Shown piece after piece: positions 58,922-64,000 of a DNA stretch of 64,000 bases (positions are counted from its first letter, which is position 1; the number at the start of each line of letters is the position of its first letter). The DNA lies in contig CAVXVB010000009.1 of assembly GCA_963765205.1 (NCBI GenBank), forward strand, positions 224,001-288,000, read 5' to 3'. The translations under genes were made by a program, and so were the position numbers. Under the pieces are notes generated by a model. That model saw only the letters and a list, made by a program, of their open reading frames with translations. It ran no database searches and was not told where the DNA came from. Source of the DNA: an uncultured Verrucomicrobiae bacterium. Its GTDB lineage: Bacteria; Verrucomicrobiota; Verrucomicrobiia; Opitutales; JABDGR01.

Positions 58922-60030
58922 TAGAGGGGCGCGGGGGCCACGAGGTCGGGTGCGAGGCGGACGGCGTCCTTTTCCGTGGTGACGATCATTTCGGCGTGGG
59001 CGGCGGCGGCGCGGGTGAAGAAGCGCTCCATTTCCTCGGGGGTGAAGCGGTGGTGGTCGAGGTAGCGTTTGCGGTGGCAGATTTCCGCGCCGAGCTCGCG
59101 CAGCAGGTTCTCGAAACTTTCGGGGGTGGCGATGCCGCAAAAGGCGGCGACGCGGCGGCCGCGCAGGTCTTCCAGTGGCCGGCGCCCGACATGGTTGATG
59201 GATTGCAGGTATTTGGGCCGGTGGGCGCACTCGATGACTTCAACTTCCGGGTGGTGGCGGGAGATGGTGGCGCGCAGTTCGTCGTCGGGTTGGCCGTCGG
59301 ACTTGGTGATGAAGACATAGGAGGCGCGGCGCAGGTGCTTGACCGGCTCGCGGAGGATGCCGCGGGGGAGGAGGTGGTGGTTGCCGAAGGGGTTGGTCTT
59401 GTCCACGAGCAGCAGGTTGAACTGGCCGCGCAGCGAGAGGTATTGGAAGCCGTCGTCGAGCAGGAGGATGTCGGCGCCGAATTTTTTGATGGCGTATTGG
59501 CCCGCCTTGACGCGGTTTTTGTCCACGAGCACGACGACGCCGGGGAGGTTGCGGGCGAGCATAAAGGGTTCGTCGCCGGCCTCGGCGGAATCGAGCAGAA
59601 CCTGGTTGCCGTCGCTGACGACCTTGGGCGGGGGGTCTTCGCCGTGGGTGAGCCAGCGCCACGCGCGGCGGTAGAACGGTTCGGCGCGGCTTTTGTAACC
59701 GCGGCTGAGGATGGCGACGTGGCGGCCGCGCAGGGCGAGGGAGCGGGCGAATTTTTCGACAATCGGGGTTTTGCCGGTGCCGCCGACGGTGAGGTTGCCG
59801 ACGACGACGACCGGGACGCCGAGGGGCTGGTTGCGCAGGATGATGCGCTGCTCATAGAGCCAGCAGCGCGCGCGGATGATCACGTCGTAAACGCCCGACA
59901 GCGCAAGCATGACCCCGCTGTAGAGCGTGACGCCCGGGCCTTCGCCCTGCCGGTCATACACCACGTCCACGGTGAATTCCTCGAATTGCCGCGCGCGCAC
60001 GGCCAGGCGTTTCATCCAGCGGGAGGACAT
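58780..60030 (-). CDS. lpxK: Tetraacyldisaccharide 4'-kinase
   Basis: [37 protein letters not shown]. Confidence 0.96.
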   Translation of the reverse strand: MSSRWMKRLAVRARQFEEFTVDVVYDRQGEGPGVTLYSGVMLALSGVYDVIIRARCWLYEQRIILRNQPLGVPVVVVGNLTVGGTGKTPIVEKFARSLALRGRHVAILSRGYKSRAEPFYRRAWRWLTHGEDPPPKVVSDGNQVLLDSAEAGDEPFMLARNLPGVVVLVDKNRVKAGQYAIKKFGADILLLDDGFQYLSLRGQFNLLLVDKTNPFGNHHLLPRGILREPVKHLRRASYVFITKSDGQPDDELRATISRHHPEVEVIECAHRPKYLQSINHVGRRPLEDLRGRRVAAFCGIATPESFENLLRELGAEICHRKRYLDHHRFTPEEMERFFTRAAAAHAEMIVTTEKDAVRLAPDLVAPAPLYYLRLEIEILSGDHDFDAAVSRICFPRDARRISRPPFAGEGEEYSEE

Positions 60031-60163
60031 GGTTGGTTAATCAGCGGAAAAGGCGGGAGGTTTCAATCGGGAGTTGACGGCGCGGGCGCGACGCGCAACA
60101 TTCAACCTTTTGGGCGCCGCGTGCACCCATTCTCAACGATTCAACGTCACTTATCCAGCGGAA

Positions 60164-60526
60164 ATGCAAGTCCACCTCCTGCGGTCAAAAATCCTCCGGG
60201 CCGAAGTCACCGACGCGCGCCTCGAATACGAAGGCAGCCTGGCCATTGACGCGGCCCTGCTGGCCCGCGTGGGCATTTTGCCACACGAGAAGGTGCTGGT
60301 CGGCAACCTCGCCAACGGCAACCGGTTTGAGACTTACGCGATTGCCGCGCCGGCGGGGTCGCTGACGATCTGCCTGAACGGGGCGGCGGCGCATCTGGGC
60401 AAAAAGGGCGACTTGCTGGTCATCATGACGTTCGCGCTGATGACCGAGGAGGAGGCCAAGATTTGGAAACCGCGCACCATCGTGCTGGCCGACGGCAACC
60501 GGAAAATCGTCAAGGAATCGCTTTAA
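60164..60526 (+). CDS. panD: Aspartate 1-decarboxylase
   Basis: YEGSLAID self-cleavage site, [16 protein letters not shown]. Confidence 0.95.
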   Translation: MQVHLLRSKILRAEVTDARLEYEGSLAIDAALLARVGILPHEKVLVGNLANGNRFETYAIAAPAGSLTICLNGAAAHLGKKGDLLVIMTFALMTEEEAKIWKPRTIVLADGNRKIVKESL

Positions 60527-60662
60527 GGCGAAAATTTGGGATAGACTTGGCGGGGGTTTGTGGAGTTAGCTAAATGTCCCCCTGGGCCGCGACTGCATTC
60601 GAGTGATGTGGACGGCCACCCCCCCCATCCGATTTTTTGCGCCCGGCGCACGAAAGTATTTC

Positions 60663-62729
60663 ATGAACGGCATCCACCCCATTGATATCCTGATTGTGGT
60701 CGGTTACCTCGTGCTTGTGATTATGCTGGGCCAGGTGGCGTCGAAGGCGGCAAAAACCCAGGAAGGGTTTTTCCTGGCGGGGCGGAAGATGGGCAAGCTC
60801 TACCAGTTCTTCATGAACTTTGGGAACTCGACGGAGCCGCAGGGGGCGGTGACGACCGCGAGCCTGGTCTATGCCAACGGCGCGTCGAAATCGTGGCTCA
60901 CTTTTCAAACGATTTTCATCAGCCCGTTTTACTGGTTCGTCTATGTGTGGTTCCGGCGCGTGCGTCTGACGACGGTGGCGGATTTGTTCGAGGATCGCTT
61001 CAACAGCAAGTGGCTGGCGCGGGTTTACTCGATTTATCAAATTGGCGTGGCGATTCTACTCATTGCGGTTGGCAACCTGACGGCTTACTCGACCACGGCG
61101 TCGCTGGTGCTGAAGCCGCAGGCGAACTGGACGGCGGCAGAGCGGGCGTCGGTGGACGGCTACTCGATGCTGGTGCAACTGAACAAGCAGGCGGCCGCCG
61201 GGCCGTTGTCGCCGACCGACAAAACGCAATATGACAAGCTGCGCGATTTGAGCAACACGCACCAATTGCACAGCTATATTTCTTACCTGGATCCCGTCTG
61301 GGCGAAATGGACGTTCTATTTTGTGTTCACGGCGGTGGTGGGGGCCTACATGGTGATGGGGGGGATGAAAGGCGCGGCGATGAACAACGCGCTGCAAGGG
61401 TTGTTGGTGGTCGCCTTTTCCGTGTTGCTGGTGCCGGTGGGCTTGCACGCCATCGGCGGCTGGCATCAACTGGCACTCAAGGTCTCGCCGGACAAGTTTC
61501 AACTGGTCGGGGCCAGTGCGAACGGGCAATACGGATTTTGGTATATTGTGGCGTTCACCTGGGCGAGCCTCGTCCAGATTTTGGGCCTGAGCGCGAACAT
61601 GGGCATCCTCGGTTCGGCCACGAATGAATACGCGGCGCGGTTTGGCGGCGTCTCGGGCACCTATGCGAAGCGGCTGCTGATCATTCTTTGGGCGTTCACG
61701 GGCCTGATCGGCGCGGCGCTGTTTGCCGGGCGCGACGCCCTGTCCCAACCCGACATGCTCTGGGGCGCGATGTCGAACCAACTACTGGGGGCCGAACACG
61801 CGGTGCCGGGGTTGATTGGGCTGATGCTGGCGGGGGTGCTGGCGGGCACGATGGGCATTCTGGCCGCGAAGGCGGTGGCGATTTCCTCGCTGTTTGTGCG
61901 CAACATTTACCGGCATATCTGGCCGGAGGTGCCAGAGGCGCAGGCGGTGCGCACCGCCCGCTGGGCGATTGTCGGCGTGCTGGTGCTGGGCCTGGGCGCG
62001 CCGCTGTTACTCACTAATCTCGAACAAGGCATCAAGCTGATTATTGATGTGAATATTCCGTTCGGCGCGGCCATCATGCTTATCTATTGCTGGCGCCGGT
62101 TGACGCCCGCCGCGGTGTGGATCGCTGTGGCCCTCTCGGTGGTGATCAACATTATCGTGCCGAACTGCAATATGATCGCGCCGGCCAATTTCCCCCTGGT
62201 GTCCAATCTGGACCATGCGCCCTCGCTGCTGGGCGCCGATGCCTCGGGTCATGGCGTGTTCTTCGACGCGGTCGTGCATACCGATCCGAACGATCAGACG
62301 AGCGCCCTGGTGGGCACGGGCCGGTTCAACTTTGAGTGTTTTATCCTGAGCAAATTTGGCCTGCAACCCGCGACGCTGAGCGCCACCGGACGCGACGCGG
62401 CCCGCTATTTCTTCGACGGCATTTTTCCGTTTGTCGTGCTGGTGCTGGTCAGCTACTTCACCCAGGGCACTGACCGCGCACGGGTGGATTTATTCTACGG
62501 CAAGATGAAAACCCCCATTGCAGGCAACGCGGAACTCGATCTCGCTGCCATGGAGGAAACCCGCAAAAATCCGGGGCGGTTTGACCACCTCAAACTCCTG
62601 CCGGGCACGCAATGGGAATTCCTGAAATGGGACCGGGTGGACGCCATCGGGTTTATTTCTTGCCTGGCCACGTCGGGCGCGATTATCGGGTTGTTTGTGC
62701 TGCTGCTGCATATCGCCGCCGCCGGCTGA
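60663..62729 (+). CDS. Sodium:solute symporter family protein
   Basis: FFLAGRKMG, DLFEDRF, GGMKG, many TM segments; upstream of the rha genes. Confidence 0.88.
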   Translation: MNGIHPIDILIVVGYLVLVIMLGQVASKAAKTQEGFFLAGRKMGKLYQFFMNFGNSTEPQGAVTTASLVYANGASKSWLTFQTIFISPFYWFVYVWFRRVRLTTVADLFEDRFNSKWLARVYSIYQIGVAILLIAVGNLTAYSTTASLVLKPQANWTAAERASVDGYSMLVQLNKQAAAGPLSPTDKTQYDKLRDLSNTHQLHSYISYLDPVWAKWTFYFVFTAVVGAYMVMGGMKGAAMNNALQGLLVVAFSVLLVPVGLHAIGGWHQLALKVSPDKFQLVGASANGQYGFWYIVAFTWASLVQILGLSANMGILGSATNEYAARFGGVSGTYAKRLLIILWAFTGLIGAALFAGRDALSQPDMLWGAMSNQLLGAEHAVPGLIGLMLAGVLAGTMGILAAKAVAISSLFVRNIYRHIWPEVPEAQAVRTARWAIVGVLVLGLGAPLLLTNLEQGIKLIIDVNIPFGAAIMLIYCWRRLTPAAVWIAVALSVVINIIVPNCNMIAPANFPLVSNLDHAPSLLGADASGHGVFFDAVVHTDPNDQTSALVGTGRFNFECFILSKFGLQPATLSATGRDAARYFFDGIFPFVVLVLVSYFTQGTDRARVDLFYGKMKTPIAGNAELDLAAMEETRKNPGRFDHLKLLPGTQWEFLKWDRVDAIGFISCLATSGAIIGLFVLLLHIAAAG

Positions 62730-62759
62730 TTTTTTTCAATTTTAACCCCGCTGTTTGCC

Positions 62760-63074
62760 ATGATTCGCAAAGCTTTTGTGATGAGCGTCAACCCCGGCGC
62801 GGAAGCCGAATACGAGCGCCGGCACCGGCCCATTTGGGACGAGCTGGCCGCGGTGCTGCGCGCGCACGGCGCGCACAATTACTCGATTTTTCTTCATCCG
62901 CAAACGCGCCAGCTTTTTGCCTACGTCGAGATCGAGGATGAGGCGCGCTGGAACGCCATCGCCCAAACGCCGATTTGTCAAAAATGGTGGAAGCATATGG
63001 GGGGCCTCATGCCTGGCAACCCGGACGGCAGCCCGGTGGCCTTGGGCTTGCCAGAAGTATTTCATTTAGAATAA
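62760..63074 (+). CDS. rhaM: L-rhamnose mutarotase
   Basis: [27 protein letters not shown]. Confidence 0.95.
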   Translation: MIRKAFVMSVNPGAEAEYERRHRPIWDELAAVLRAHGAHNYSIFLHPQTRQLFAYVEIEDEARWNAIAQTPICQKWWKHMGGLMPGNPDGSPVALGLPEVFHLE

Positions 63075-63076
63075 TA

Positions 63077-63160
63077 ACCACGGAGAACACGGAGGACACG
63101 GAGGGGGGATTTGTATTTCCCGTTCTTAAGCCCTCTGTGTCCTCCGTGCTCTCCGTGGTT
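63077..63160. repeat. Inverted pair of 9-mer arrays (CACGGAGRA)
   Basis: aaccacggagaacacggaggacacggag ... ctctgtgtcctccgtgctctccgtggtt. Confidence 0.9.
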
Positions 63161-63180
63161 CAAACTCTTATTTCCATTCT

Positions 63181-64000
63181 ATGAACAGAAAAACCCTCGA
63201 CCGCGCCGTGCAGGCGCTGAACACCTTCCGCGTCGAAACCCCGAGCTGGGGTTATGCCGACACGGGCACGCGCTTCGGCAAGTTTTTCCAGGAGGCCGCC
63301 GCGATTGACATGAATGACAAACTGGCCGACGCCGGCCAGGTCCACCGCCTGACGGGCTGCTGCCCGACGGTCGCCGTGCACGTGCTGTGGGATTTCAAGA
63401 AGGGCGAAGACCCGAAGGCCGTCGCGCGCCGCGCGCGCAAACACGGCGTGCGCATCGGCGCGATCAACCCGAATCTTTTTCAGGACCAAGGTTATAAATG
63501 GGGCTCGTTCGGCCACTCCGACGCGGCGGTGCGCCGCCACGCGCTGAAGCATTGCGCCGATTCCATCGCCATCGCGCGCGCGGTGGACAGCGAGTATTTG
63601 TCGCTATGGTTTGCCGACGGCACGAATTATCCGGGCCAGGACAGCATCCGCGCGCGCAAGCACCGTTTCGAGGCCGGCCTGCGCGCGTGCCACCAAAAAC
63701 TCGCGCCGGGCATGACCATGCTGGTCGAATACAAGCCGTTTGAGCCGGCGTTCTACCAGACGGACATCGCGGACTGGGGCATGGCCTACATTCTGGCGAA
63801 AAAGGCCGGGCCGCGCGCGCGCGTGTTGGTGGACACGGGGCACCACTACGTGGCGCAGAACATCGAGCAAATCGTCGCCTTCCTGCTCGACGAAAACATG
63901 CTCGGGGGCTTCCACTTCAACGACCGGCGCTACGCGGACGACGATCTGACGCTGGGCTCGATTGACCCGTATCAGGTGTTCCGAATTTTCCACGAAATTC
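63181..64000 (+). CDS. L-rhamnose isomerase (RhaI-type), truncated by the window end
   Basis: Manual translation: ETPSWGYADTGTRF, INPNLFQD, WFADGTNYPG, EYKPFEP, DTGHH, GGFHFNDR.YADDDL. Confidence 0.88.
   Translation, partial: MNRKTLDRAVQALNTFRVETPSWGYADTGTRFGKFFQEAAAIDMNDKLADAGQVHRLTGCCPTVAVHVLWDFKKGEDPKAVARRARKHGVRIGAINPNLFQDQGYKWGSFGHSDAAVRRHALKHCADSIAIARAVDSEYLSLWFADGTNYPGQDSIRARKHRFEAGLRACHQKLAPGMTMLVEYKPFEPAFYQTDIADWGMAYILAKKAGPRARVLVDTGHHYVAQNIEQIVAFLLDENMLGGFHFNDRRYADDDLTLGSIDPYQVFRIFHEI

Overview
GC-rich bacterial chromosome segment; gene content and style suggest Verrucomicrobiota (inference, not tested). The backbone is housekeeping: dtd, rnpB, tRNA-Arg(UCU), gatCAB, topB, tal, heme-type ABC genes, DAHP synthase, carA, a KamA-family enzyme, coaC, leuA, ahcY, metK, lpxK, panD and rhamnose genes. 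Accessory DNA stands out in five ways. (1) A 3,962-bp mini integrative element sits in tRNA-Arg and duplicates the 5' half of the tRNA rather than the usual 3' half; it carries only a tyrosine integrase, an IS91/ISCR-like HUH protein and a PIN-type toxin-antitoxin pair. (2) A 3,491-bp IS1595-family cargo transposon (24-bp perfect TIRs, 8-bp TSD, internal TIR-like relic, membrane-anchored HNH cargo) splits a DUF2971-like gene. (3) Many gene junctions carry short 7-, 8- or 9-bp tandem repeats in inverted pairs, plus REP-like palindromes. (4) A Type IIG/IIL-like restriction-modification gene and a Fic gene are each frameshifted by one base. (5) A Leu-rich leader-peptide attenuator precedes leuA. 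No CRISPR array, rRNA or reverse transcriptase was seen. All family assignments come from motif recognition by eye, without database searches.
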